A stretch of 64,000 nt of DNA from Candidatus Parcubacteria bacterium. GTDB lineage: Bacteria > Patescibacteriota > Minisyncoccia > UBA6257 > HR35. The notes beneath the pieces are model-generated. The model was not told the DNA's origin. It made no database searches and was given only the letters and a program-made list of their open reading frames with translations. The stretch's first letter is position 1; every line of letters starts with the position of its first letter. The stretch spans positions 70,470 through 134,469 of the forward strand of contig BPJG01000001.1 of NCBI GenBank assembly GCA_026004495.1, given 5' to 3'. Position numbers and translations under genes: made by a program. Shown piece after piece: positions 36,844 to 47,108 of the stretch.

Positions 36844-37491
36844 TTAAGATAAACCTATGGCTGATCTATGACGAGTGCCTAATCTTTGATTATAATCATA
36901 AAAATCAGGCAACGGTAAATGAGCTGAAGCATATTTAATTTTATCATTTTTAATAATAATTGCGCCATCATGGAGCGGTGAGTTTTTATTGAAAATAGTT
37001 ATTATTAGTTCTGTGCTTATTTCACTGTTAAGTAGCTTTGCACCTTGGATAATAGAATCTAGAGTGATATTTTTTTCAAAAACTAAGATGGCTCCTATTT
37101 TATTTTGAGACAAATATTTTATAGCATTTAAGATGTTATCAATTAAAACATCTTTATTATTGAGATTTTTCTTTCTTTTTGGTACAATAATAGCAATCTG
37201 TTCTAAAAAAATCCTAAGCTCTCTCTGAAAAATTACGATTAAACTTAAAATTACAAAAGGTAGATAAAATTGAAGCAAATTTTTAGTTAGAGTAAGGTTT
37301 ACCCAATTAGCTACAAGAAATAAAAATACAAGAATTGAAAAACCAAAAATGATTTTATAAGAACGTGTTTTATTAATTATAGATATAGTAAAAAATACAA
37401 GAATACTTAATAAGAAAATATCTATAACATCTTTAATATAGATATTTTTAATTAAATAAATTAATTTTTGATAATCAATAAAATTATTCAT
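36844..37491 (-). CDS. cdaA: Diadenylate cyclase CdaA, terminated early by an in-frame TAA
   Basis: Three N-terminal TM helices. DAC-domain motifs GAILVFE, PLHDGAIII and RLGTRHRSAIGLS are followed by TAA (36844-36846), where homologs have the Glu of G(I/L)SE. Confidence 0.85.
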   Translation of the reverse strand: MNNFIDYQKLIYLIKNIYIKDVIDIFLLSILVFFTISIINKTRSYKIIFGFSILVFLFLVANWVNLTLTKNLLQFYLPFVILSLIVIFQRELRIFLEQIAIIVPKRKKNLNNKDVLIDNILNAIKYLSQNKIGAILVFEKNITLDSIIQGAKLLNSEISTELIITIFNKNSPLHDGAIIIKNDKIKYASAHLPLPDFYDYNQRLGTRHRSAIGLS

Positions 37492-37521
37492 TTTAAATTA
37501 TATTATAATTAAAAAATTGAA

Positions 37522-38325
37522 ATGCCTGAGCTTCCTGAAATTGAAACTATTAAAAGATATTTAGAAAAAGAAATTATAGATCAAAAAATAAAAAATATTG
37601 AAATTTTTAATAAAAGAAGTTTTAAGGGTAATAAGAAAAATATTCAAGGAGCGAAAGTTATAAGACTCGAAAGAAAAGGCAAAGTGTTAGTTTTTGTTTT
37701 AAGTAATGGTTATAATCTGATGTTTCATTTAAAGATGACAGGACAAATTTTATTTTTCAATTTCTTAAAAAAATTAGCAATAGACAAATCAACGAGAGTT
37801 ATTTTTATTTTAGATAATAGCTATCTTGTTTTTAATGACATTCGTAAGTTTGGTTGGGTAAAAGTTGTTGATGATAAAAATTTAAGAGAAGAGATAAAAA
37901 GGTTGGGCATTGATGCTTTAAATTTAACTTTTGATAATCTGAAAAGAATTCTAAATAACACTAAAAGGCCAATTAAATTGGTTTTAATGGATCAAGCAAA
38001 AATCGCTGGAATTGGAAATATTTATGCAAACGAATCATTATTTTTAGCTAAAATTAATCCTCAAACTCCAGCAAATAAAATATCTGAAGAAAAAATAAAA
38101 GAATTATTAAAGGCAATTATAAAAATTTTGAAAAAAGCAATTAAATATGGAGGGACAAGTTTTAGTCTTTACCTCAAACCAGATGAGTCTAAAGGAAAAT
38201 ATCAAGAAAAATTTTTAGTTTATAAAAGAGAAGATAAAAAATGTTGGCGATGTCATAAAAATATAAAAAGAATAATTTTAGGAGGAAGAAGTACTTTCTA
38301 TTGCCTTAATTGTCAAAAATTATAA
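37522..38325 (+). CDS. mutM: Formamidopyrimidine-DNA glycosylase
   Basis: MPELPEIETI, GIGNIYANESLF, and the zinc finger CWRCHKNIKRIILGGRSTFYCLNCQ. Confidence 0.92.
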   Translation: MPELPEIETIKRYLEKEIIDQKIKNIEIFNKRSFKGNKKNIQGAKVIRLERKGKVLVFVLSNGYNLMFHLKMTGQILFFNFLKKLAIDKSTRVIFILDNSYLVFNDIRKFGWVKVVDDKNLREEIKRLGIDALNLTFDNLKRILNNTKRPIKLVLMDQAKIAGIGNIYANESLFLAKINPQTPANKISEEKIKELLKAIIKILKKAIKYGGTSFSLYLKPDESKGKYQEKFLVYKREDKKCWRCHKNIKRIILGGRSTFYCLNCQKL

Positions 38326-38368
38326 TTTAAATACTGCAATTAATTAATTTTTTCAATTAATCTTTGTT

Positions 38369-38695
38369 TTAATCTAAACCTAATTCTTCTATAGTTTTAT
38401 CTAAATATTGTTCAATTGAATCTTCACCAGGGAGATCAATATCTTTAATTTGTTCCTCAATTGGCGTACTGCCTATTAAGATATGGTAAGCCGAGTATTT
38501 TAATAATTCATCTTGTCCATATTTTTCTTCAAGTTTCTTACAAAATTGGGTTATTATTCTATGATATTCTTCTCTAAAGTTTTTAGATTGTAATATATGT
38601 TTATTAAAAATAATTTCTATTTTTTTTCTAATCCGCTCATTGATTTCTTTGTTATTGTCATTTCTTTCTAAATTAAAATTAAATTTATCTTTCAT
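38369..38695 (-). CDS. Hypothetical protein, paralogous to the N-terminus of 32363-33409
   Basis: KKLEEKYGQDELLKYSAYHILIGS...DLPGEDSIEQYL parallels DNLEKKYPGDQCRKYLTYLLLKEN...DFKGEDSIIYQL. Confidence 0.5.
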   Translation of the reverse strand: MKDKFNFNLERNDNNKEINERIRKKIEIIFNKHILQSKNFREEYHRIITQFCKKLEEKYGQDELLKYSAYHILIGSTPIEEQIKDIDLPGEDSIEQYLDKTIEELGLD

Positions 38696-38765
38696 TATTT
38701 TTATTAATTTATAATAATTTAAATATTATTATAAAATAATAACTTAAAATATTAAAATTATAATT

Positions 38766-40106
38766 ATGCCAGGTGAAAAACATAGACAACCTGAAAGAAA
38801 AAGACAAGAAAAAGAAGAATATAACAAAGAAAGAAGAGAATTTTTAAAATATTTATTAGGTTTTGGTTTAACTAGTACATTAACATTAGGAGGTTTATTT
38901 CTTCTATTGAAAAATTTACCTAAAAAAGAAAGAAGAAAATTTATTTTAAAAGAAATAATAAAAAAAAGACAAGAAAATATCAATAAAATAGAGAAAATTA
39001 GTAAATTTAATCCTAATGAAAAAATTAAAGTAGAAATAAATTCTGAATTAAAGAAATTCTTGAAAGAAACAAAAATAAGTGGATTAATAGAATATTATTT
39101 TCCTGAGACAATTGACGATAAAATATCTCCTAGGCTTATTTTAGATAATTTATGAGAAGAAAAAAATAATAAATTTAGTGAAAATAAAGAATTAGAAGAA
39201 TCTTTTCGAGAATTAAAATTAGATATCTTAGAAAATTATGAAAAAGAACCAGGTGAAAAAACTAATATTGAAAATTTCATTAATTATCTTATTTTTTGTC
39301 TCATTAAAAGTATATTAATTTTAAATATAAAAAAATTATCTGACTTGTTTATATTTCCTAAAAAAGAAGAGAATTTATCAACCGAAGAAAGAAATTTACT
39401 AAAAGAAAAGAGGGAATTATTAGAATTTATTTTAAACGATGATTCATTTTATCAATATTTATTACTAACTTTAGTTGTTATTATTTTAAATGAAATATGT
39501 TTTGCCTCCGAAAATAATCCTGAAATAAATTTAAATATCTTAGAATATTTGATTTCAAATTTTGGTATTAATTTTATAAGCTGTATCCCTGCAATTTATG
39601 ATAAAAGGTTATCATTTGGTCCGTTTCAATTAACTGATTTAGTTGTCGGCAAAAATACGGCTGAAAAAATATATCCTATTACTACAATTAATCTATGTTT
39701 ATCAGATAAATTTGAAGATTACAAATTACCCAATAATTTAGCTGAATTTAGAAACCAGGATCATTATCAAGGAGTGATCTTTTTATGTATTTATTATTTA
39801 TGTAAATATATAAAAAACCTAGATGAAACGAAAATTAAAGAATTAAAAGACTTAACAAAACAAACTGCTCATATAAGAGAAGAATTCTATAAAAAATTAT
39901 CGTTAATGTTTTGTAGTTGCCATCATAATGGTGAAGCACAAATTAAAAAATTTATAGAAGATAGATTAGAATTAGATAAAGATGAATACCTAGAACGTTC
40001 AATAAAGAATTTCGAAATCGTTGAACAAAATTTGAGAAAAAAAGTTAAAGAATTAATTAATAAAATCATGAAAGAAATAAAGGAAGAAATGAAATCATTT
40101 GAATAA
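38766..40106 (+). CDS. Hypothetical protein; one reading frame interrupted by a single TGA at 39153-39155
   Basis: The track ORFs 38766-39155 and 39345-40106 (TTG start) share a frame. The 63 codons between them contain no stop and no ATG or GTG. There is an N-terminal TM segment. Confidence 0.55.
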
Positions 40107-40135
40107 ATAAATTATAATTATTAAAAATAACTAAA

Positions 40136-40960
40136 ATGAAAAATAAAGAAATAAAAACGAAAACTTTATTAGATTTTTCTATAAAAACAGCTCATAGTGT
40201 TGGAATTATATTAGAAAAACTTTTTAGAAAAGAAAATCCATTTATTCGTGGCACTTCAAAGGAAATAAAAACATTTTATGATGAATTAACAGATAAAATT
40301 ATTAAAAAATCAATTGAGAAAAATTTTAAAAATCATTCCTATTTAACTGAAGAAACTGGCTTAGTTGATAAACATTCAGATTATCTTTGGATCATTGATC
40401 CATTAGATGGAACTGGTAATTTTGTTAATCATAATCCATTTTTTTCTGTTTCTATTGCTTTATGGTATAAAGGTGAGCCATTATTAGGAGTTATCGAAGC
40501 CCCAATATTAAAAGAAAGATTTATTGCTATAAAAAATAAAGGTTCTTTTCATTATGATTTAAATAAAAAAAATAAAAAAAATGAAGCGAAATTATCAGAT
40601 ATAAATCATTTAAAAGAAAGTTATGTTGTCTACTGTGAAGGCAGTGAAAAAAATAAATTAAGGATCGTCAATTTATTTGATAAAATTTATCCTCAAGTAA
40701 AAGAAGTTAGAAAATTAGGTTCGGCTGCTCTCGAATTAGCCTGGATAGCCTTAGGTAGGGCAGATATATATTTTACTACCCAAATTTCGCTTTGGGATAT
40801 AGCAAGTGGATTAATTTTTACTTCTGAAGCTGGAGCAAAATTATTTAAGTTTAACGGAGAAGAATATAAATTTAAAGAATTTTACAATAACTTATTAAAT
40901 AAATTTGATTTGATTGCAGGTAAAGATTTTTTAGTAAAAAAATTTTTAAAGTTGATTTAA
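40136..40960 (+). CDS. Inositol monophosphatase family protein (SuhB-like)
   Basis: LTEETG, WIIDPLDGTGNF, LGSAALELAWIA, WDIASG. Confidence 0.88.
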   Translation: MKNKEIKTKTLLDFSIKTAHSVGIILEKLFRKENPFIRGTSKEIKTFYDELTDKIIKKSIEKNFKNHSYLTEETGLVDKHSDYLWIIDPLDGTGNFVNHNPFFSVSIALWYKGEPLLGVIEAPILKERFIAIKNKGSFHYDLNKKNKKNEAKLSDINHLKESYVVYCEGSEKNKLRIVNLFDKIYPQVKEVRKLGSAALELAWIALGRADIYFTTQISLWDIASGLIFTSEAGAKLFKFNGEEYKFKEFYNNLLNKFDLIAGKDFLVKKFLKLI

Positions 40961-41358
40961 ATATCTAGAGAAAGTTGATCCTCATTATTTTGCTGATTTT
41001 CAGCTCGTAATCTTCTTTGGTAATCTTTGTAAATTGCTAAAGCTCGGTTGAGCATATCTTTAAAACATTTGTTAGAAATCTCAGTATAAGCCTTAAAATC
41101 ATTAGAAATATTTACACCAACAGGACTCTCGCTTGAGATTATTTTTGTCGATACCCTTCCTTCATTATTAAAAATAAACCTTTTAACTATAACTACATTA
41201 TGCCTATTAATTACCTCAAAGTCAACAATAAAATTATTGTTATAATCATAGCCAATATATTTAGGTTGCCTTTTAACTTTTTCAAAAGGAGTAATCTGAT
41301 CCCAGCCTTCGAGTTCATCAGAATTGTCATAAAAATTAAATCTAAGTTGTTCTCTCAT
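40957..41358 (-). CDS. Hypothetical protein
   Basis: 133-aa ORF. No motif recognised. Confidence 0.45.
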   Translation of the reverse strand: MREQLRFNFYDNSDELEGWDQITPFEKVKRQPKYIGYDYNNNFIVDFEVINRHNVVIVKRFIFNNEGRVSTKIISSESPVGVNISNDFKAYTEISNKCFKDMLNRALAIYKDYQRRLRAENQQNNEDQLSLDI

Positions 41359-41410
41359 AATTAATTAATTTTATAATATAATTAATAATTTTAAAAATTA
41401 ATTTTTAATT

Positions 41411-42226
41411 ATGAAATTTTTTGACACTCACTGTCATCTTAATATTCCACCATTAAGAGAAATTTATAAAGAAATAATTGAATCAGCACAAAAAAATAAT
41501 ATTGACTATATAGTTATTCCAGGTACCAATTATGAGGACAGTATTTTTGCCATAGAAATTGCTAATAGTTTCAATAATATATATTGTGCCTTAGGATTTC
41601 ATCCTAATGAAATTATAGAATTATCTTTAAAGGAGATAATAATAAAATTAGATAAGTTAAAAAATAATTTAAATGAAGATAAAGTAATAGCAATTGGAGA
41701 AATAGGTTTAGATAAAAAAGCGGGAAATTTTGATTTTCAAAAAGAAATTTTTATTTTACAAATAAGATTAGCTAAAAAATATAACAAACCTTTAATAATT
41801 CACAATCGAGAATTAAGCAATGATTTATTAAAAATATTAAAACAAGAATGGAACGATTATTTTGAAAATAATATAGTCTTCCATTGCACTGAGCCAAATG
41901 AAGAAATATTAGAATTTGCTAAAATTAAAAAATTATATTTAGGTTTTGATGGTGATTTAACTTATAGAAAAGATAAACAGGAATTTATAAAAAAAGTTCC
42001 ATTGGATTTGATAGTGATGGAAACAGACTCACCATTTCTTCTGCCTGAACCATTAAGAACATTTATTAAACACCAAACTCGTAATAAGGAAGAAAACTTT
42101 TTCCCTAATAAGCCTGAAAATTTAATTTTAATCTTCAATAAGATTGTCGAGATTTTAAATCTTGATAAAGAAATATTAGCTCAAAAATTATTAGAAAATA
42201 GTCTAAGATTGTTCAATTTAAAATAA
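41411..42226 (+). CDS. TatD family metal-dependent hydrolase
   Basis: FFDTHCHLN, GEIGLD, IIHNRE, METDSPFL. Confidence 0.88.
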   Translation: MKFFDTHCHLNIPPLREIYKEIIESAQKNNIDYIVIPGTNYEDSIFAIEIANSFNNIYCALGFHPNEIIELSLKEIIIKLDKLKNNLNEDKVIAIGEIGLDKKAGNFDFQKEIFILQIRLAKKYNKPLIIHNRELSNDLLKILKQEWNDYFENNIVFHCTEPNEEILEFAKIKKLYLGFDGDLTYRKDKQEFIKKVPLDLIVMETDSPFLLPEPLRTFIKHQTRNKEENFFPNKPENLILIFNKIVEILNLDKEILAQKLLENSLRLFNLK

Positions 42227-42312
42227 ATATTCTTTTAAAGAATTATTAAGCAGTTAATATTTCAAGAGATTAATAATTAATTTATTTTTAATTTATATTT
42301 ATAATAATTTTT

Positions 42313-43518
42313 ATGAGAAAAATAATATTTATTCTAATAGATGGATTAGCAGACATCGCAACCAAAAATACTCCTTTAAGATTGGCATCAAAAATATTTT
42401 TGGATTCACTCAAAGGTAGAATTCATTTATCATATATTTATCCTTTAAAAAAAGAGTATTGGCCTAAAGGTGGTAATTATAGTGTTAGTGGATTAGCTAA
42501 TTTTCACTTGTTAGGATATAAATTAAAGATTAAACAATTTAAACGTGGCCCTTATGAAGCAATTGGAAGTAATATTAAGTTTAAAAATGGTTGGTTAGCC
42601 TTTAGAGTTAACTTTGCAACAGTTGATGAAAAATCATATGTTATAGATAGAAGAGCAGGAAGAAATATTTATGGTTTAGAAAAATTAACTAAAGAAATAA
42701 ATTCAATCAAATTTAAAATACCCTTTGAACTTTATCACATTGCTGGCCATCGAGGAGTTTTAATTTTTAAAACCAAACTTTCAGAAAATATTTCAGAAAA
42801 TGATCCTTATAAAACAAATTTAAGAATAAAAAAGATTAAACCCTCAAAAAAAGATTATTTATCAAAAAAAACAGCTGAATTAATTAATAATTTTTTAGAG
42901 ATAGCTTATGAAAAAATAAAAATTAGCAAAATAAATTTAGAAAGGCAAAAAAGAAATATTTTACCCGCAAATTATCTTTTAATAAGAGAGCCAGGAAATA
43001 AAATATTGAAGTTAAAAAATTTTTTTAGAAAATATAGCTTTAAAAATGGCCTTATAATAGCAACTAATGGAGTTGATAAAGGAACTTGCTTAAGTGTAGG
43101 TTTTAAAAAGTATGACCTTAATTATCCTAACAGTATTATTAATGAATTAAATAATTTAACTAAAGCTATATTTAATTTAGGAGATAAATATCAATTACTC
43201 TATTGTCATCTTAAAAAGGCAGATGAATTAAGTCATGATAAAAATTTCAATGGTAAAAAAGAATTTTTTGAAAAATTTGATGATTTTTTAAAAAAGATAT
43301 TCGCTAAATTTAAAAATGATATTTTTGTTATCACCGGTGATCATATTACTAATACTCAATCCGGCGAACATATGTTTGGTCCAGTACCTTTAATTATTAT
43401 TAACTCAAATCTAATTAATAAACCCAAAGAGATTAGTGAAATTGAAGCTATAAAATTGGGCGAGTATTTTAAAAATACTAATGATTTATGGAAATTTTTA
43501 AAACAAAATGTTAGCTAA
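42313..43518 (+). CDS. apgM: Cofactor-independent phosphoglycerate mutase, ApgM (archaeal) type
   Basis: ILIDGLAD, RGPYEAIGS, AFRVNFATVD...VIDRRAGR, VITGDHITNTQSGEH, GPVPLII. Confidence 0.75.
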   Translation: MRKIIFILIDGLADIATKNTPLRLASKIFLDSLKGRIHLSYIYPLKKEYWPKGGNYSVSGLANFHLLGYKLKIKQFKRGPYEAIGSNIKFKNGWLAFRVNFATVDEKSYVIDRRAGRNIYGLEKLTKEINSIKFKIPFELYHIAGHRGVLIFKTKLSENISENDPYKTNLRIKKIKPSKKDYLSKKTAELINNFLEIAYEKIKISKINLERQKRNILPANYLLIREPGNKILKLKNFFRKYSFKNGLIIATNGVDKGTCLSVGFKKYDLNYPNSIINELNNLTKAIFNLGDKYQLLYCHLKKADELSHDKNFNGKKEFFEKFDDFLKKIFAKFKNDIFVITGDHITNTQSGEHMFGPVPLIIINSNLINKPKEISEIEAIKLGEYFKNTNDLWKFLKQNVS

Positions 43519-45169
43519 AAGAATAGAAAACAGATTAAAAATTTTAGGCAGAAAATTAATTGATAAAGATTTTAATGATTTGAAAAAAAATTTATTTATT
43601 TCTCACTGCGATAATTTAGATCATGGTGACTACTATTCTAATTTTATATTTTTATTAGCAAATAAAACAAAATTAAGCGCTAGGGAAATATTTGAAAAAA
43701 CTAAAGATTATTTAGAAAAACTATCCTATATTAAAAAGGTTGAACTTATTAACGGTTATCTTAATATTTTTATTCAAAAAAAAGTTTTTTTTGAAGACTA
43801 TAAAAAAGTTTTATTAAAAAAAGAAAATTTTTTAAAGAATAACTGGGGAAGAAATAAGAAATTAATAATTGAATATATTTCAGCTAATCCAACTGGACCT
43901 TTACACATAGGTAATGGTAGAGGAGCAGTTTTAGGAGATATTTTAACTAATGTACTTAAACTATCAAACTTTAGGGTAACTAAAGAATATTATGTTAACG
44001 ATAGAGGTAATCAAATAGATTTATTGGTAAAATCTGTTTTACATTATCTAGGTAAAATTTCAAATGAAGAAAATATTTATAAGGGTGATTATCTTAAAGA
44101 ATTTGCCTTTAAATATAAGAAAGAATTAGAAAATATGTCAATTGAAGAAATTAAAAAATTTACCGTTAAATATATCTTATCTAAATTAATTAAACAAACA
44201 TTAAAAAATTTTGGCACTAATTTTGATAATTTTTATTTTGAAACTGATCTTTATTCTAAAAATACAGATAAAGAAGTAATAAAAATTTTAACTAAAAAAG
44301 GATTAATTTATGAAAAAGATGGAGCTACTTGGCTTAACTTAAAAAAATTTAATGAAGCTAAAGATGAAGTATTAATTAAAAATAATGGCGAACAAACTTA
44401 TTTTTTATCTGATATTATTTATAACTATGATAAATTTTTTATCAGAAAGTTTCACTATTCAATTATGATTGTCGGTAGTGATCATCATGATCATATTAGA
44501 AGATTACAAAAAACATTTGAATATATTTTTAATGTTGAAGCCAAAAGATTTAAATTTATTGAATATCAAATGGTTCATCTGTATAAACAGGGTGAAAAAA
44601 TTAAAATGTCAAAAAGAAAGGGTGAATTTGTAACCCTTGATGAATTAATTAAAGAAGTAGGAGTTGAACCAATAAGATTTTATTTTGCTAAATATTCACC
44701 TGAAATTACTATTAATTTTGATTTAAATGTGGTCAAGAAAGAAAATATTAATAATCAAATTTGGTATTTAATGTATACCTACGCCAGATTTAATAAGATT
44801 TTAGAAAAAGCAAAAGAAAAAAAATTTAAATTTGATTATCGACAAAACTTAAAAACTAATCTAACTAAAAGTTTCATTTATTTAATAAATCAAGATAATT
44901 ACTTAAAAATATTTAGAAGAATAAATCAATTTCCTTTAGTAATTTTAAATTCAGCAATCAATCTAAGGCAAAATTATGTAATTAGTTATTTACTAAAATT
45001 AGCAGATGAACTTAATAGTTTTTATGAAAAAGAAATAATAATTAAAGGCGATTCAAAAGAAATTAGATATAAACTTATTTTTATCTATTATCTCAAAAAT
45101 ATTCTTGATTTAGGCCTTCATCTTATTAATATAAAGCCTAAAAAAGAATTGCATAACCCGATAAGTTAA
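43508..45169 (+). CDS. argS: Arginyl-tRNA synthetase
   Basis: SANPTGPLHIGNGRGAVLGD (HIGH region), VGSDHHDH, KMSKRKGEFVTLDEL. Confidence 0.92.
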   Translation: MLAKRIENRLKILGRKLIDKDFNDLKKNLFISHCDNLDHGDYYSNFIFLLANKTKLSAREIFEKTKDYLEKLSYIKKVELINGYLNIFIQKKVFFEDYKKVLLKKENFLKNNWGRNKKLIIEYISANPTGPLHIGNGRGAVLGDILTNVLKLSNFRVTKEYYVNDRGNQIDLLVKSVLHYLGKISNEENIYKGDYLKEFAFKYKKELENMSIEEIKKFTVKYILSKLIKQTLKNFGTNFDNFYFETDLYSKNTDKEVIKILTKKGLIYEKDGATWLNLKKFNEAKDEVLIKNNGEQTYFLSDIIYNYDKFFIRKFHYSIMIVGSDHHDHIRRLQKTFEYIFNVEAKRFKFIEYQMVHLYKQGEKIKMSKRKGEFVTLDELIKEVGVEPIRFYFAKYSPEITINFDLNVVKKENINNQIWYLMYTYARFNKILEKAKEKKFKFDYRQNLKTNLTKSFIYLINQDNYLKIFRRINQFPLVILNSAINLRQNYVISYLLKLADELNSFYEKEIIIKGDSKEIRYKLIFIYYLKNILDLGLHLINIKPKKELHNPIS

Positions 45170-45634
45170 ATAAAAACATATAAAGGCTATAATAATTCCA
45201 AAAATTATATCAATTGGCCAATGCATTAATGATAACCAACTTAAAATTGCTATCAAAATTGATAAAATAAATAAAAAGAATCCTAATTGAATATTAGAAA
45301 TTAAAGTTACGAATGAAATAGCAAAGGATAAGGTTGTGTGTCTTGAGGGGAAACTATCTAATCTTTGCTCCTCAAAAGGAAAAAAATAACTTATTGGCCT
45401 TAAGGACTTAAATTGACCATTGATTAAAATAATAAAAATAAAAGAAAAGAAAAGAACTATTACTAACTCTAAAAGGTAGATTTTATTTAATTTTTTATTA
45501 TGAATAAAAGATAAAATAATATTACCAAAAGAAAAAATGAAAACTAATCCAAGTAAAAAATCTCTTAAAACATCAAAAAAGTATATTAAGTTATAATTAT
45601 CTTTTAAAATTAAAAAAATGAATTCTGTGGCCAT
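45110..45634 (-). CDS. PAP2 family phosphatase (membrane)
   Basis: KSLRP...SFPSRHTT...(H) PAP2 motifs and 5 TM helices. It overlaps the argS 3' end by 60 nt. Confidence 0.7.
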   Translation of the reverse strand: MATEFIFLILKDNYNLIYFFDVLRDFLLGLVFIFSFGNIILSFIHNKKLNKIYLLELVIVLFFSFIFIILINGQFKSLRPISYFFPFEEQRLDSFPSRHTTLSFAISFVTLISNIQLGFFLFILSILIAILSWLSLMHWPIDIIFGIIIAFICFYLTYRVMQFFFRLYINKMKA

Positions 45635-47108
45635 TAATAAAATTATAAATATATTTTTAAAAAATTTAACTTTTAATCAAACAATAATTAAAAATAGTTT
45701 TTGGCTTATTGCTGGTAAATTAATAAGTGGAATATTAAGGGCTTTATTAGTTATTTTTTCAGCCAGATTATTAGGAACAAGTGAATATGGAAGTTTTTCT
45801 TTGGCAATGAATTTTGTTCTCCTATTTTCATTCTTGCCCGAATTAGGATTAACCTCAATTTTAACTAGAGAATTATCTAAAACTGAAGACAAAAAAGAAA
45901 GACAAATTATTTTTAATAATATATTCATAATCTCTTTAATCTTAAGCTTCATATCTTATTTATTGATATTTTTTTTAGGACAATTATTTTTAAAAGACGA
46001 ATTAGCTAAAATAATTTTACCCATATTATCTTTAATGTTAATTTTTGATATCTTTAGGGAATTTTCTTATGCTATTTATAGATCAGAACTAAAAAGTGAA
46101 TTACAAGGAATTTTTCATTTTCTAACAAATCTTTTGCTTTTTATTGGTGGTTTAATAAGCTTATATTTATTTCGGAAAGCAATTTATTTATCGTGGGCCT
46201 ATTTAATAACCATAACTATTGGATTTATAATAAGCAATATTTTTCTTATTGACTACTTTAAAAAATTTAAATTAGTTCTTGATTATAAAAAATGGATATA
46301 TTATTTTAATTCATCCTGGCCAATCGCTATTGCTAATGCTTTATACTTATTATTACTTTTTATAGATTCAATAATATTAGGTTGGTATTTTCCCAGTAAC
46401 ATAGTGGGAATTTATACCTCTTCAGTCAAAGTAAATGAATTTTTAATAATTTTTCCCACAGGAATTTCGTTAGCTCTTTTACCTATATTTTCAAAAAATA
46501 CTCTAGATAAAGAAAAATTAAAAACTACTTTAGAGCTAGGCCTAAGATTAACCTATATTTTAATTTTACCAATAATATTTGGCGGCATTTTACTTTCTGA
46601 AAATTTAATTAATTTTATATTTGGAAAAGAATACTCGGATTCACATTATGCCTTTAAAATTTTAATTCCTTCACTAATAGCTACTTCAATTTTTATGATA
46701 TTATCCCAACTATTAATTGCTCTAAACAAAAGAAAAGAATTATTAATATACGAGTTTTTTATATTTTTGATCAATCTAATAGGTAATATAATATTAATTC
46801 CATCTTTAAGCTTTATGGGTGCTGCCTATATGACAACCATAAGTAATTTCTTAGGGCTAATATTAATCATTTTAATAACCAATAAATATTTAAATTTTGA
46901 TATCTATTTCGGTATAAAAAAACCCTTTTTAGCTTCGGTTTTGATGAGTTTAATAATTTTAGCTTTAAATAAAATTAACTTTTTATTAGCAATTATAGTG
47001 GGCAGCATTTTATATTTTATAGTACTAATTTTAATAAGAGAAGAACTTATAATTAAAATAATTAATAACATTATAACTATCATTAAGTTTAAAAAATATG
47101 ATAATTAG
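45618..47108 (+). CDS. MOP-superfamily flippase (Wzx/polysaccharide biosynthesis protein-like)
   Basis: About 14 TM helices. The N-terminus NSFWLIAGKLISGILRALLVIFSARLLGTSEYGSFSLAMNF is typical of Wzx-type flippases. Confidence 0.7.
   Translation: MNSVAINKIINIFLKNLTFNQTIIKNSFWLIAGKLISGILRALLVIFSARLLGTSEYGSFSLAMNFVLLFSFLPELGLTSILTRELSKTEDKKERQIIFNNIFIISLILSFISYLLIFFLGQLFLKDELAKIILPILSLMLIFDIFREFSYAIYRSELKSELQGIFHFLTNLLLFIGGLISLYLFRKAIYLSWAYLITITIGFIISNIFLIDYFKKFKLVLDYKKWIYYFNSSWPIAIANALYLLLLFIDSIILGWYFPSNIVGIYTSSVKVNEFLIIFPTGISLALLPIFSKNTLDKEKLKTTLELGLRLTYILILPIIFGGILLSENLINFIFGKEYSDSHYAFKILIPSLIATSIFMILSQLLIALNKRKELLIYEFFIFLINLIGNIILIPSLSFMGAAYMTTISNFLGLILIILITNKYLNFDIYFGIKKPFLASVLMSLIILALNKINFLLAIIVGSILYFIVLILIREELIIKIINNIITIIKFKKYDN

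Noticed and set aside
39153-39155. Selenocysteine codon
   Set aside because: No hairpin resembling a bacterial SECIS lies immediately downstream; the sequence there is an A-rich run. There is no sel gene context either.
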